The notes: generated from the sequence alone by a model not told the origin. A DNA stretch of 23,776 nucleotides from Chiloscyllium plagiosum (GCF_004010195.1 NC_057719.1:79658503-79682278), one strand, 5' to 3'; positions 1-10,482 are shown, counted from the stretch's first letter. A program made the numbers and translations.

Positions 1-44
1 TTGTGCTACAGATGAAGCAGCTTCTCTGTGACTATCCCCTCCAA

Positions 45-320
45 CCCTATCATAACTTTAAAGATCTGTGCCTGGTCTGGTGGGTGGATAATACCCAAAA
101 GCAGATGAAAACCCATTCCAGTAACCAATAACGATAGCAGAAGCCAGTCACTACTCGTGGACACCCACTTCAACTTAAGACAGGTTTGTAAGACGAACAG
201 GAAGAAGTTGAATGGCTGAAGAGATATCCATGAGTAAGTTTGGCATTGGATCTCCTGGGAGAAGCTACTAAGCCTCATGGATATGGAGTTCAATAGTACC
301 AGAAACTGAGCTGACCACTA
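45..320 (+). mobile_element. Highly decayed CR1-type LINE ORF2 3' fragment
   Basis: 150-179 translates TTRGHPLQLK, matching the TRGHxxKL motif near the CR1 ORF2 C-terminus. Flanking frames are broken and the boundaries are approximate. Confidence 0.45.
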
Positions 321-384
321 AATATGAATATCATGAGTTATCATGTTACTGATGTTAATAATCAATGAAGGGAAGGATTTCCAT

Positions 385-480
385 TTATTTTGTGCCTTTC
401 CTGACCTCAGGAAGTCTGAAAGCACTTTACAGCCAAGGAGGTATAGTCAAAGTGTCGTGACTGTTGTAATGTGGAAAAAT
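385..480 (-). mobile_element. Decayed 3' tail of a DeuSINE/SacSINE1-like SINE
   Basis: aaagcactttacagccaagg...gtgactgttgtaatgtggaaa resembles, from memory, the reverse complement of the shark DeuSINE tail. Confidence 0.45.
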
Positions 481-1109
481 GTCCAAGAGGCAACTTTCCC
501 TCGCAGTCTTTTAACATTTAGGAAAGGATCCTGCTGTCAGAGCAAATGAGAGCCCTGATGCTACACTTTATCAGGAGAAGTCACACACACTGCCCAAATG
601 TGGATGGCGAGAGGCCCCTCAAAGCTGGACAACTAATAAGAGGTCTTTCAGTGCAGAAGGAGCTGTGGCCTGGTTTCCAATCACTTCTGTCCTCGGACGC
701 CCTCTCAAGCCCTTTTGAAACTCATGAAGCAAGAAAGCATGGGTGCCATTGGCAGGTCTCCCATGAGGAGGAGCATGGGGCATCCTAAAGCCTCAGCTAG
801 GCAGGGCAGGAATGGGGACAGCTCAAAATCTTCCTTGATGACTGACCTCCTGGTCCACTGCTGGGAGGACACCTCCGGCAGATAGCCTTTCCCAACACCG
901 AGGGAGCTTCCGATCAATGGCCGTTGATTGACTTGTGACTGTCCACAGGTGGGTGACTATTCTGCCCAAGACTCTGGCCTCCCAGACCAGGATAATAAGC
1001 ATCAATTCCCACCTTCATGTTGGATGAAAACCCTATCCTGGGCTGCTGTCGGTAGGAGGGACTGTAGCCAGAAGACACAGATCAAGGACAATTGCCAAAA
1101 TGAATCAGA

Positions 1110-1325
1110 GACATGAGAATTCTTTTCGCAGCAAGTCTGGATTACATGAACTGGAGGTGGAAGATGGTTCAATAGTCACATTGAAAATAGAGTAGAAACT
1201 ATACTTGAAAAGGAATAAACAAATCACAAGGGTTACTGGGGAAAGGCAGAGCAGGTGACAATTTGACTGCTGTTTCACTGACAATGCTGAGGCACAGTGG
1301 AAGGAATGGCCTTCTTTTGCCCTGA
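1110..1325 (+). mobile_element. Old CR1-type LINE 3' end fragment
   Basis: Degenerate CR1 3' motifs (ttcaatagtcacattgaaaa...ggggaaaggcag...gaatggccttctt). Confidence 0.45.
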
Positions 1326-1328
1326 GGT

Positions 1329-1485
1329 GGAGGAGCCGGTGTTGGACTGGGCTGGACAAAGTGGTCCTGCTCCACAGCCACCTGATGAAGGAGGTCGCTC
1401 TGAAAGTTAGTGCTTCCAAATAAACCTGTTGGACTATAACCTGGTGTTGTGTGATTTTTAACTTCTTCTGCCCCGTCAGCATCTA
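1329..1485 (+). mobile_element. Penelope-like element terminal repeat (family 1) carrying a hammerhead motif
   Basis: cctgatgaaggag...gaaagttagtgcttccaaataaacctgttggactataacctggtgttgtgtgattttt. Bases 1329-1362 are an imperfect inverted copy of the 3' end around 1461-1485. Confidence 0.7.
1376..1414 (+). ncRNA. Minimal type I hammerhead ribozyme motif (family 1)
   Basis: CUGAUGA 1382-1388, extra A, stem II GGAG/CUCU with GUCG loop, GAAA 1402-1405, then GUUA. Stem I is CAC(1379-81)/GUG(1410-12). Confidence 0.65.
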
Positions 1486-1691
1486 ACAACTTGTGAAGGA
1501 ACTTTACCGCGGAAAACAGGCCCAGGACATCAGTCTCCTCAGTGACTCTCCTCAGTTCAGAGAGCTCATTAACGAACATCACGCTCTAATGAAATGGTCA
1601 CGGGAGTGCAAGTTTACAAGGTTTTAAAATAGCCTTTTGTTTGGAGAGATGGTGTCTCATATTTCCACAGCTCCTGATTGCCAGGCATTTT

Positions 1692-2062
1692 GTCATAGAA
1701 GAGGCCATCCAGGCCATCAGCTTTGTGCTGGCTCTGTTAAAACGTCTCCCAACCAGCATTGCTGTCCTGCCTTTCACTCACAGCCCTGTACATTCTTTCC
1801 CTCTGAGCTTATGTACCTGCAATAGTGTATCAATTTAGCTTGTTCCCACCAAGCTTTCAGGGTGTGAATTCTAGATCATAACAACTTAACGTGTGTTAAA
1901 ACAAAAGTCTCCACAGTGTGCCTTTGGCAACTTTGCCAGTGCCTCAGATCTGCATTTTCCAGTTACCTTGTGTCAGTGGGAAACAGTTTCTCATCGAAAA
2001 CCCTCATGATTTTGATCATTTTCAATCTCTCCTGCTCCAAGGAGTACAATCCCAGCTTCTCT
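1692..2062 (-). mobile_element. Old CR1-type LINE 3' fragment
   Basis: Reverse-complement CR1 3' motifs (gaggccatccaggccatc...gtgctggctct; gaattctagatcataacaact; ctcctgctccaaggagtacaatcccagcttctc). Confidence 0.55.
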
Positions 2063-2549
2063 TGCCTGCTCTTTTATTACCTGTTATGATGCAGTACATG
2101 ACAATACATCGAGGCATCACGCCCCCACCCCCATCCCCTCACACTTCTAATATATTTCTGGCTTGATTCAAAGAACTGTGCTGTTTTATCACAGTTTTGC
2201 ATGACACACAGTAACAGCTAACACAATCCAGATGCATCACTCCAGTCAGTGTACTGCCAATAAAGCACTCGGGGAGTGCAGTCTGGTGAGGAGATAGCTA
2301 CCAATGTAGCTGGGGGTGGGGGGAGGGATGTTGTCAGTGGGGAGGGACAGTGAAGGATAAGGGGAGGGAAAGCAGGCATTTCAGACTCCAAATGAGCTGG
2401 TAGTTAAAGGCCAGCTGATTATGAACAGAGTATCACTCATTACCAGAGGAAATAATGTCACTTGGAACCCCCAGCATCCTTGATTAACAACCCTCCATAC
2501 CACTTCCCAGCCCTCTCTCTGAAACTCCTCTGAACATAGACCCCGTCGA

Positions 2550-2955
2550 GTGATAGAGTCATAGAGATGTACAGCACGGAAACAAACCCTTTGGTCCAAC
2601 TCGTCCATGCCAACCAGATAGCCTAAATTAATCTAGTTCCATTTGTCAGCATTAGACCCATATCCTTCTAAACCCTTCCTATTCCCATCCCAATATCTTT
2701 TAAGCATTGCAACTGTACTAGTTACTACCACTTCCTCACATTTTACACACGCACCACCCTCTGCGTGAAAACGTTGCCCCTTACATCCCTATTATATCAT
2801 TCCCCTCTCACCTTAAACGTAGGGAAAAGACCTTATCTATGCCCATCATGATTTTATTAAACTCTATAAAGTCACCCTTCAGCCTTCATGCTCCAATGAA
2901 AAGAAGTCCTAGCCTATCCAGCCTGTGCTTATAACTCAAACCCTCCAATCATGGG
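2550..2955 (-). mobile_element. CR1/HER1-type LINE 3' end
   Basis: Begins atagagtcatagagatgtacagcacggaaac, the reverse complement of the CR1 terminal repeat tail. Closely similar to the copies at 15527 and 22616. Confidence 0.85.
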
Positions 2956-2959
2956 CTAG

Positions 2960-3453
2960 TAACATCTTCAAGGCACAAGTCAGAGGTGCAATGGAATTCC
3001 TACTTGCCTGTATGCATGCTACTCCAACAGCACTCAGAAAAACTCAAGTGCATCCAAGTAAAAGCAACCTCCATCTACCACCTTCAATGTTCACACCTTT
3101 CACCATCAAAGTACAGTGGCAGCAGTGTGTGCAATCTGCACCAAGGTTCCTTAAACCATACGTTCCAAACCCATCACAACTACCACAAATAGCAGGACAA
3201 GGGCAGTAAATGCATGGGAACACAACCACTTGCAAGTTCCCGTTCAAGTCGTGCCGCACTCTGACTTAGAAATATATCACTGTTCCTTCACTGTCACTGC
3301 ATCAAAATCCTGGAACTCTTTCTCTAACATCACTGTGTGAGTACCTGCAGTTCAAGAAGGCAGCTCACCATCACCTCCTCAAGGGTAATCAGAGATGGAC
3401 AATAATTGTCAGCCTGGCCAGCAATGCCCAAGTTCCAAGAATAAGTTAAAGAA
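2960..3453 (+). mobile_element. LINE-B (APE-RT non-LTR retrotransposon, CR1/L2 group) 3' end
   Basis: ORF 2925-3209 contains FKAQVRGAMEF.LACM..TPTALRK and PRFLKPYVPNP. The 3' UTR matches 22129-22442 and the reverse complement of 13958-14580. Confidence 0.8.
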
Positions 3454-3734
3454 AGCTCAATGACCTTCTAACTAAGGAGAGATAACAAAAGCACCATCCT
3501 CTCAGATGCCTGACTCTCCCCACCACTCCACCAATTGCAGGGATCAATGGACTCTGGGGTGTAAAGTGCCCTGGTGTTTAATATAATTCATCCTATATGT
3601 AGTAACACATTTGTCAACCAAGCTGTGAAGTAGTTAGCTATGCTATTTATACTTTTTCAAAAGATTTGAAATCCATCGTGCAATTAAAACATGCACTTAA
3701 TGTTGAATAATGTGCCAAGTTGCTCAGATTGGCA

Positions 3735-3960
3735 AAATACAAAGATTGACGTCCAACATACATTAAGATAGTGACAAAACATTTTTAAGGATGCAGAGTT
3801 TAAGCAGGTCCTTAAAGGGGATTAAATAGAGAGAGAGAGACAGAGAGAGAGAGACAGAGACAGAGGCAGAAGGGTTTTGGGTGGAAATTTCTGAAGCTGA
3901 GACCTGAAGTTACAGATGGTTAAAGGTGGGATGTAGTGAATGGTGCACAAAAACAAGAGG
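3735..3960 (-). mobile_element. Decayed L2-type LINE fragment with internal (GA)n expansion
   Basis: gtttaagcaggtccttaaagggg...gaggcagaagggttttgggtggaaatttc is similar to 18506-18560. Confidence 0.45.
3828..3865. repeat. Imperfect (GA)n/(GACA) microsatellite
   Basis: agagagagagagacagagagagagagacagagacagag is directly visible. Confidence 0.95.
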
Positions 3961-3971
3961 AAGCTGAGAAA

Positions 3972-4331
3972 GAGACATAGATAGAATAGGGGTGTCTCCT
4001 TTTTCCAGGGTGTGGAGTTCAAAACTAGAGGACAAATTTTTAAAATGAGAGGAGAAAGATTTAAAAGGTTCAGCGATGGGCAGTCTTTTCACAGAGAAAG
4101 TGGTGGGTAAGTGGAATGAACTGCCAGAGGAAGTGGTTGATGCAGGCACAGTTACAATATTTAAAACATTTTAAAAATATTGACAACATTTGGACAGGTA
4201 CATGCGTAGGAAGAGTTTAGAAGGATATGGGCCAAATGCAGGCAAATGGAACTAGTTTAATTTGGGAAACGTGGTTGGGATGGACAAGTTGGACCCAAGG
4301 GTCTGTTTCTGTGCTGCATGACTCTATGACT
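3972..4331 (+). mobile_element. CR1/HER1-type LINE 3' end, 5'-truncated
   Basis: Translates KTRGQIFKMRGERFK and WNELPEEVVDAGTVT. Ends tgtgctgcatgactctatgact. Confidence 0.85.
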
Positions 4332-4393
4332 TGCTCTTGCAGCCACAGTATTTATATGGCTGATCTAATTCAATCTCTGATTAATGGTAACCA
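4332..4393 (-). mobile_element. LINE-B fragment, split from its continuation at 6319
   Basis: gctcttgcagccacagtatttatatggc...aatggtaacca appears to join ccaggttgttgataatg at 6320 as one continuous LINE ORF2 region. Confidence 0.6.
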
Positions 4394-4653
4394 TATAAAA
4401 CTGTGATGCCAAGCACTGCCAATATATTGGGTATCTGCTTTTCTGACTGGATCTACAGGACCTACTTGGTCTAAAATGACTAAATGAGTGGGTAGGCCTT
4501 TGGACTAAGAAAGATATAGTTTAGTGCATGATAACAATCAGGTACAAGTTACATTAGTGAGGTGGACCTTATTAATAACACTGTGAGGAGACCTAGGTTT
4601 AGGTCTGTCTTCCTAGACAGCTAGAGGGGACGTGTCTTTCCCCACCTAAATCA

Positions 4654-5261
4654 TTAGCTTTCATTAGCAGGGGGATTGAGTTTAAGAGCTGTGAAGTTAT
4701 GCTGCAGCTCTATACAGCCCTGGTTAGACCACCCTTGGAATAATATATTCAGTTCTGGTCGCCTCATTATAGGAGGGATGTGGAAGCTTCAGAGAGGGTG
4801 CAGAGGAGATTTACCAGGATGCTGCCTGGACTAGGCATGTCTTATAAAGAAAGGTTGAAGGAGCTACGATGTTTCTCATTGGAGCGAAGAGAGATGAAGG
4901 TGACTTGATAGAGCTGAACAAAATGATGAGATGCATAGATAGAATGGATAGACAGACACTTTTTCCCATGGTGGAAATGTCTATCATTAGAGGGCATAAT
5001 TTTAAGGTAATTGGAGGAAGATTTGGGGAGATGTCAGAGGGAGGTTCTTTACACAGAGAGTGCGTGGAATGCACTATTAGCAATGGTAGTAGAGTCAGAT
5101 ACATTAAGGACATGTCAGTGGCTCTTGGATAGGCCCATGGAAGATACTTCAATGAAGGACATATAGGTTAGTCTGTTCTTAGAGTTGGATAAAGGACCAG
5201 CACAACATCGAAGGCCGAAGGACCGAAGGGTCTGTACTGTGCTGTACTGTTCTATGTTCTA
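4654..5261 (+). mobile_element. CR1 LINE 3' portion nested in the putative LTR
   Basis: Translates LAFISRGIEFKSCEVMLQLYTALVRPPLE*YIQFWSPHYRRDVEASERVQRRFTRMLPGL and IRGHNFKVIGGRF. Ends ttctatgttcta; ctaaatca occurs at 4646-4653 and 5259-5266. Confidence 0.9.
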
Positions 5262-5674
5262 AATCACAATGGCAGCATCACATTGGTTGGAGCTAGATCT
5301 GGTCTTCAGCATTTACTCTTTCAGAACCATTACCTTTATCATGATAAAGGATCGGAACACTGAAGAACATCTAGACAGATTGAAATTTTAATCCTGACAT
5401 GCATTTTTAAAAGAGGATTGCTGCAGCCGAGGAATGACCATAAGTGTGAATTCAGTGTGGACCTATGGAATTTCAGACTGGTACAGAGTCAGGAAAATTT
5501 CAAACAGAAATACTTCTCAAGAGGAGAATACAAGAGGCTGACTTACACACTCTCCCTCTCACGAGGAAGCCATCCCCAGCAGTCATGTTTGTGTTTCACC
5601 TTTCTGAGATATACAAAAACAAAGTTAAAAACTGAACCGCAACCAATGTTCTGGGTGTGTTAGTGGCCTGGCAT

Positions 5675-5846
5675 TCTGGAGTAATGTGGTGTTAGGAAGG
5701 TCAAAGTTTAAGCACAGCTATTAAACACCCCTGCACTGCAGGTAAAGCGAGAGAAAATTCTGTTCTGTCACTCTGACTGCTGTCAGGCAGCCACCATTAA
5801 AAGAAACTCAGACAAAACATCAATCCACAAAGGCAAGAAGCTCAAA
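5675..5846 (+). repeat. 172-bp inverted repeat, left copy
   Basis: Reverse complement of 7700-7871 with 6 mismatches and no indels by manual alignment. Confidence 0.95.
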
Positions 5847-6510
5847 ATCGATTGCTCAACTTCCAACATAACTCCACCAGTACCAACCCTTGTATATGTC
5901 GCAATGTTCTACAGTCTACTCTTTACAGTCAACTCAGTCATAGATCCATGTAGCTATTTCTAAGATTTATGCTGTTTTTGTACTCACTTCTTATTCCTAT
6001 GCTGTGTCAATATGTGTTGCATCATTATTTCTTCTCGTGTTTGACAACAAATAAACTCATTCTTTTATGAACTTACTGATCTAAACTTGGCTCCTTTTAA
6101 AACATAAGTTGATTCGGACTCGGAGAAATGTATTCAGAAAGGAAGGAATCCATTTTAAATTCTTTTCTAACGATCTATTGAGGGAATGGATGAATAAAAA
6201 AGGGGAACTAGATCTCTCCCCTCACTCAGGAGTTTAAAATTGCAGGCATCCTGCAACAAATCAGAACAAATTGGGGAACCTTATTCAGGGGCTGGTCTTA
6301 GCTTATACCTCTGTAATATCCAGGTTGTTGATAATGAGGACTCAACAATGGTACTGTAACTGAATGTCAAGGGTGATGGTTCGGTTCTTTCTTGTTGGAG
6401 ATGGTCATTGCCTGCAGGCCACTTGTCGGGTACAAATGTTACTTACTATTTATGAGCACAAGCCTAAAATTGTCCAGGTCTCGTTGATTATAGACATAAA
6501 TTGTACAGTG

Positions 6511-6724
6511 ATGGAAATGTGTTGCTGGAAAAGCGCAGCAGGTCAGGCAGCATCTAGGGAACAGGAGAATCGACGTTTCGGGCATTAGCCCTTCTTCAGG
6601 AAAGAAGGGCTAATGCCCGAAACGTCGATTCTCCTGTTCCCTAGATGCTGCCTGACCTGCTGCACTTTTCCAGCAACACATTTCCATCTCTGATCTCCAG
6701 CATCTGCAGACCTCACTTTCTCCT
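6511..6724. mobile_element. Fold-back Penelope-like terminal element (family 2) with 16-bp TSD
   Basis: 87-bp arms at 6510-6596 and 6602-6688 (1 mismatch) with loop cagga. cataaattgtacagtg is duplicated at 6495-6510 and 6725-6740. Homologous to 11031-11128 and 13991-14120. Confidence 0.9.
6570..6601 (-). ncRNA. Minimal hammerhead ribozyme motif (family 2), intact core
   Basis: Minus strand reads uc-CUGAAGA-A-GGGC-UAAU-GCCC-GAAAC-GUC-ga. Stem III is the palindromic ACGU; stem I is only 2 bp. Confidence 0.7.
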
Positions 6725-7699
6725 CATAAATTGTACAGTGTCTGAGGAGTTGTAAATGGTGCTGAACATTGCTTAGGCATTGGCAAATATCCCCACTTTT
6801 GACTTTACGATGGGAGTCATTAATAAAACAGGTGAAGCTGGTTAGGACACTACCTGAAGGAACACCTGCTGAGATGTCATTGAGCTGAGATGATTGACCT
6901 CCAACAACCTCAACCATCTTCTCATGCTGTAGCTATGGCTCTAACCAGTCGAGAGTTTTCTGTCTGTTTTCCAATTATTCCAGCTTTGCAAGGGTATCTT
7001 GATGTCACACTTGGTCAAATGTGACCTTAATAGCTAGGGCTTTCACTGTCACCTCACCTCTGGAATTCAGCTCTTTCAACCATGTTTGAACCAAGGCTGT
7101 AATGAGGTCAGGAGCTGAGGGGCCCTGGTGGAACGCAAACTGGGTATAATATGAGCAGGCTATTGCTGAGCAGGTACTGCTTGATAGCACTATTGATGAC
7201 GCCTTCCATCACTTTACTGTTGATCGAGAGTAGACTGTTGGGGCGGTAATTGGCCAAGTTGGATTTGTTGTGGTTTCTGTGCTTAGGACATATCTGGGCA
7301 ATTTTCCACATTGTCGAGTAGATGCCAGTGTAGTACCTGTACAGGAATAGTTTGTCTAGGGGTGCAGCAAGCTCTGGAGCACATTTGCTGAAATTTTGGA
7401 TGGATCCATAAACCTTACAGTTCTTGACAGCTTGAAGAGCCAATCACATTGTCTGAAGGCTGGCATCTGCGATGCTGGGAATTTCTGGCCAAAGCATTTG
7501 TCTCATCCTTTGTACTGATGTGCAAGGAAACCTCATCATTGAGGATGAGATAGTCAGCAGGCTTATCCTCACTTTAGTTGCTTAACTATCCATTGGCTGT
7601 GCCAGACCACAGAAATGTGATCTGATTCATTGATTGAACAGAACCTCAGCCTTGTCTGAGTATCCGCTTTTTGGACTAGCTCCATGCTGTACTTTCTTG

Positions 7700-7871
7700 T
7701 TTGAGCTTCTTGCCTTTGTGGGTTGATGTTTTGTCTGAGTTTCTTTTAATGGTGGCTGCCTGACAGCAGTCAGAGTGACAGAACAGTATTTTCTCTTGCT
7801 TTACCTGCAGTGCAGAGATGTTTAATAGCTGTGCTTAAACTTTGACCTTTCTAACACCACATTACTCCAGA
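7700..7871 (-). repeat. 172-bp inverted repeat, right copy, embedded in LINE-B
   Basis: Reverse complement of 5675-5846. LINE-B sequence resumes immediately afterwards (tcaacacctcctttttaggtgtgcctgg). Confidence 0.95.
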
Positions 7872-8150
7872 TCAACACCTCCTTTTTAGGTGTGCCTGGT
7901 GCTACTCTTGCCATGCCCTCTTGCACTCTTTATTGAACCAGGGTTTATTTCCCAGCTATATGTCTTGGTAGAGAATATGCTGGTGCATGAGATTACAGAT
8001 TGTAGTCGAATACAATTCTGCTCCTGTTGATAGTCCATCACACTTCAAGGATGCCCAATGCTGAGTTGCTAGATTTGTTCAAAGTCAATCCTATTAGCTC
8101 AGATGATGTGAAAATAGAACTCCATATCCATAAGGACTGTCCTTTCCATA

Positions 8151-8497
8151 GGGACAGCATAGTGACTTAGTGGCTAGCACTGCTGCCTCACAGCGCCAGG
8201 AACACAGGTTCGTATCCAGCCTCGGGCAACTGTCTGGGTGGAGTTTGCACATTCTTCCTGTGTCTATGTAGGGTTCCTCTGGCTGCTCCTGTTCCCTGTA
8301 ACGGTTCCAAGATGTGCAGGTTAAGTGGATCAGCCATGCTAAATTGCCGATAGTTTTCAGGGATGTGCAGGCTCACTGAGTTAGACATGGTTAATGCAGG
8401 GTTACAGGGTCTGGGTGGGATTCTCTTTGGAGGATCAGTGCAGATTCCATGGGCTGAATGGCCTCTTTCCACACGATAGGTATTCTAAGATATTCTA
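8151..8497 (+). mobile_element. HE1-like (V-SINE) tRNA-derived SINE, near full length
   Basis: A-box-like gtgacttagtgg, B-box-like ggttcgtatcc, V-domain ctgtctgggtggagtttgcacattct and a CR1-derived tail gggctgaatggcctc...tattcta. Confidence 0.9.
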
Positions 8498-8884
8498 TCC
8501 TATCAATACTGTTGTGAGCAGATGAATCTGCAACTGGCAGATTGATGAGGATGAGTGTAAATATGGTTTATGGAACCCTCTTGTTGGTTCCCTCCCCACC
8601 ACTTGTAGACCCACTCGAGCAGCTAATTTAGGACCCAACCAGCTCAGTCCACATAATGCTACCAAGTTCCTCTTGATGATGGACAGTGATGTCCCTTCCC
8701 AGAGTACATTCTGTGCTCTTGCCACCTTCAGTACTCCTTCCAAGTCCTATTTAACACGTTTGGTACCAATTCACCAGCCGAAGCGGGCTTAATAAATAGC
8801 ATGAAGTTTCCTTGTATGATCCCATTGAAAGATGGAGTGGACTGGAGGAGTTAAAGGGCCTGTTATGTTCTTAGCTGCTAGCAC

Positions 8885-9045
8885 ACTTGTTACTGAGTCA
8901 GAAATCTTTGACCTAACTTTGTACCTAACTGCACCGCAGGAGCATGTTCACCACACAGACTGCAACAGCTCCACGAGGTGGCTGAACACCACATTCTCAA
9001 CAGCAACTGCGGATGGGCAATATATGTTGGCTTTGACCATCAGAA
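8885..9045 (+). mobile_element. Decayed LINE-B 3' end fragment
   Basis: gactgcaacagctccacgaggtggctgaacaccacattctcaacagcaactgcggatgggcaatatatg resembles 3345-3420. Confidence 0.55.
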
Positions 9046-9721
9046 AAGGCCTGAACACCAGAAAGTACCAGGAGGATGTGGACGGAAGTTTACGGAATTA
9101 GTGGGGATGAACAGAAGTTGCAGCCAAACCGAGCTGAGAATGGTCTAAATTAATGGGAAATGGGAACACCAACCCTCAGTGGGATTTTATTAACAACAGT
9201 GGGACTGACTTTCAATAGGCATCCCAACACAAAAGAGGCAGGAAGTGAATTTTAATCTTGAGATGCTGTTCAAAGAGTCATTTTCCTAACAATCACAATG
9301 ATTCCCCGTGCACCCTCCCCTCAGCATCTCCCCACTCCCACCCGGATAGGGTGCCATTGGAATGCTATCCTGACCCTAGTGGCAGCCTATTCCTGAGCCT
9401 CTGTCTTCATAATGAAGAGGGACCTGCTGGGTGCCAAACCCTGACCACTGTTGGACTTTGGAAAAGGTGACAGGTCTCCAGCAAGCAAAAGGGGAGAGGG
9501 TGGAGAGGGCAATAAAAGGGGATGCTCATACTAGAGTGAATTCAATGATAGAAGACCCAAGGGCATAATAATGAGACAAGTGAAGAAATGTTCCTCAAAC
9601 AGCTTTTCTGGCAGCATTGGCTATTGTATAAATGCCTAATAAAGGAAAGATGAGAGAAATGAGAGTCAAACACAAACTAACAATACAGCTTCAAACAAAA
9701 CGGAGGAAGGGATCATAATCT

Positions 9722-9840
9722 GATATTATCGAAGTGGATGCCAAGTCCTAAAGGCTGCAGTGTGCCTGATCGAGAGATGAAGTGCTGCTTCTCAAAGTTG
9801 CTTTGAGCTGCTTTGGAACATTGCGGCAGGCCGAGTACAG
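9722..9840 (-). mobile_element. Penelope-like GIY-YIG endonuclease C-terminal fragment
   Basis: Minus frame from 9838 translates VLGLPQCSKAAQSNFEKQHFISRSGTLQPLGLGIHFDN, homologous to VLGLLHS...KEERLIFHLGTLQPQGINVDFN at 10687-10800. Confidence 0.75.
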
Positions 9841-10117
9841 GAAGTAATAATGCCTCATGCCAAACTCTGAGCACTCACACACAACACCAGCTCCAACAAA
9901 ACATGAAGAACAGGTTTTTCCAAGTTGGCTGTTGTTACCTGGGAACAGCTGTTAACTGTTGCAAAGCAGTTGATCAGCAGGACTCCATGCCAACGCTGAC
10001 TCAACAACTAGAAAATGAAAATAAAGAGATTCCTTTTGGCCTACTACAAAACAAATCTGTTTTTTTTCTCTCTAAATTGTATTTCCAAATGTTTGTCCGT
10101 TAGTACGTTGACTTTCA

Positions 10118-10482
10118 GAGAATCACAGAATAGTTTAGCACTGAAAGATGTCATTCTGCTTGCATTTCCTCCTATCCCTCTGACTTTTTCCACAGTCTTG
10201 GAGTTTTCTTTCCCCTCTTCCCCCCCAGCCATGTCTCCAATCTCTTTTGAAACTTGCTGCTGAATCTGTGTCCACTAGCCTTCCAAGTAATGCATTCCAC
10301 AACAACATGCTAAAAAACACTCTTCATTTGTTTTGGGTTCATTTGCAGTTCACTTTCAGGCTGTATACTCCAGTTACTGCCTTTTTCTGCTGCTGGGTCA
10401 GTTTCTCTTTATTTATTATGTTCAAACGTGTACCGAATGCCTAAATAAAATATCTTGTTAATCTTTTCTATTCTAAGGAGGA
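10118..10482 (-). mobile_element. Old CR1-type LINE 3' fragment
   Basis: agaatcacagaat tail; tccaatctcttttgaaa...gaatctgtgtccactagcctt...gcattcca. Confidence 0.55.

Larger units (their letters stand above)
4394..6318 (+). mobile_element. Putative solo LTR (~1.3 kb after removing the nested CR1)
   Basis: Interrupts LINE-B and is flanked by acca/tcca (possible 4-bp TSD with 1 mismatch). Termini tataaaa...tgtaata resemble a decayed TG...CA. AATAAA occurs at ~6050 and ~6193. No coding capacity. Confidence 0.5.
6319..8785 (-). mobile_element. LINE-B ORF2 relic (APE endonuclease to RT) hosting several insertions
   Basis: Minus-strand ORFs give LKVARAQNVLW (APE region), CAPELAAPLDKLF...WKIAQICP...NYRPNSLLSINSKVME, FAFHQGPSAPDLITALVQTW...LAIKVTFDQV and VVGGQSS...AGVPSGSVL (RT). 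Frameshifted and pseudogenised. Confidence 0.9.

Noticed and set aside
540..1075. Possible decayed MITE/DNA-transposon sequence (also ~9150-9500 and ~17690-18340)
   Set aside because: The composition is suggestive, but I could not identify TIRs, TSDs or a second copy within the window.
2312..2370. G-quadruplex-capable G runs
   Set aside because: Such runs are common and nothing supports a function here.
6510..6688. Rho-independent terminator, CRISPR repeat or other prokaryotic feature
   Set aside because: The context is a vertebrate TE landscape, the hairpin is PLE-derived, and there is no repeat-spacer array.
5675..7871. DNA transposon defined by 172-bp TIRs
   Set aside because: There is no TSD outside the repeats, LINE-B continues on both sides of the right copy, and the left copy is internal to a larger element.
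8151..8225. tRNA gene
   Set aside because: The A/B boxes belong to the SINE head and continue directly into the V-domain; there is no intact cloverleaf.
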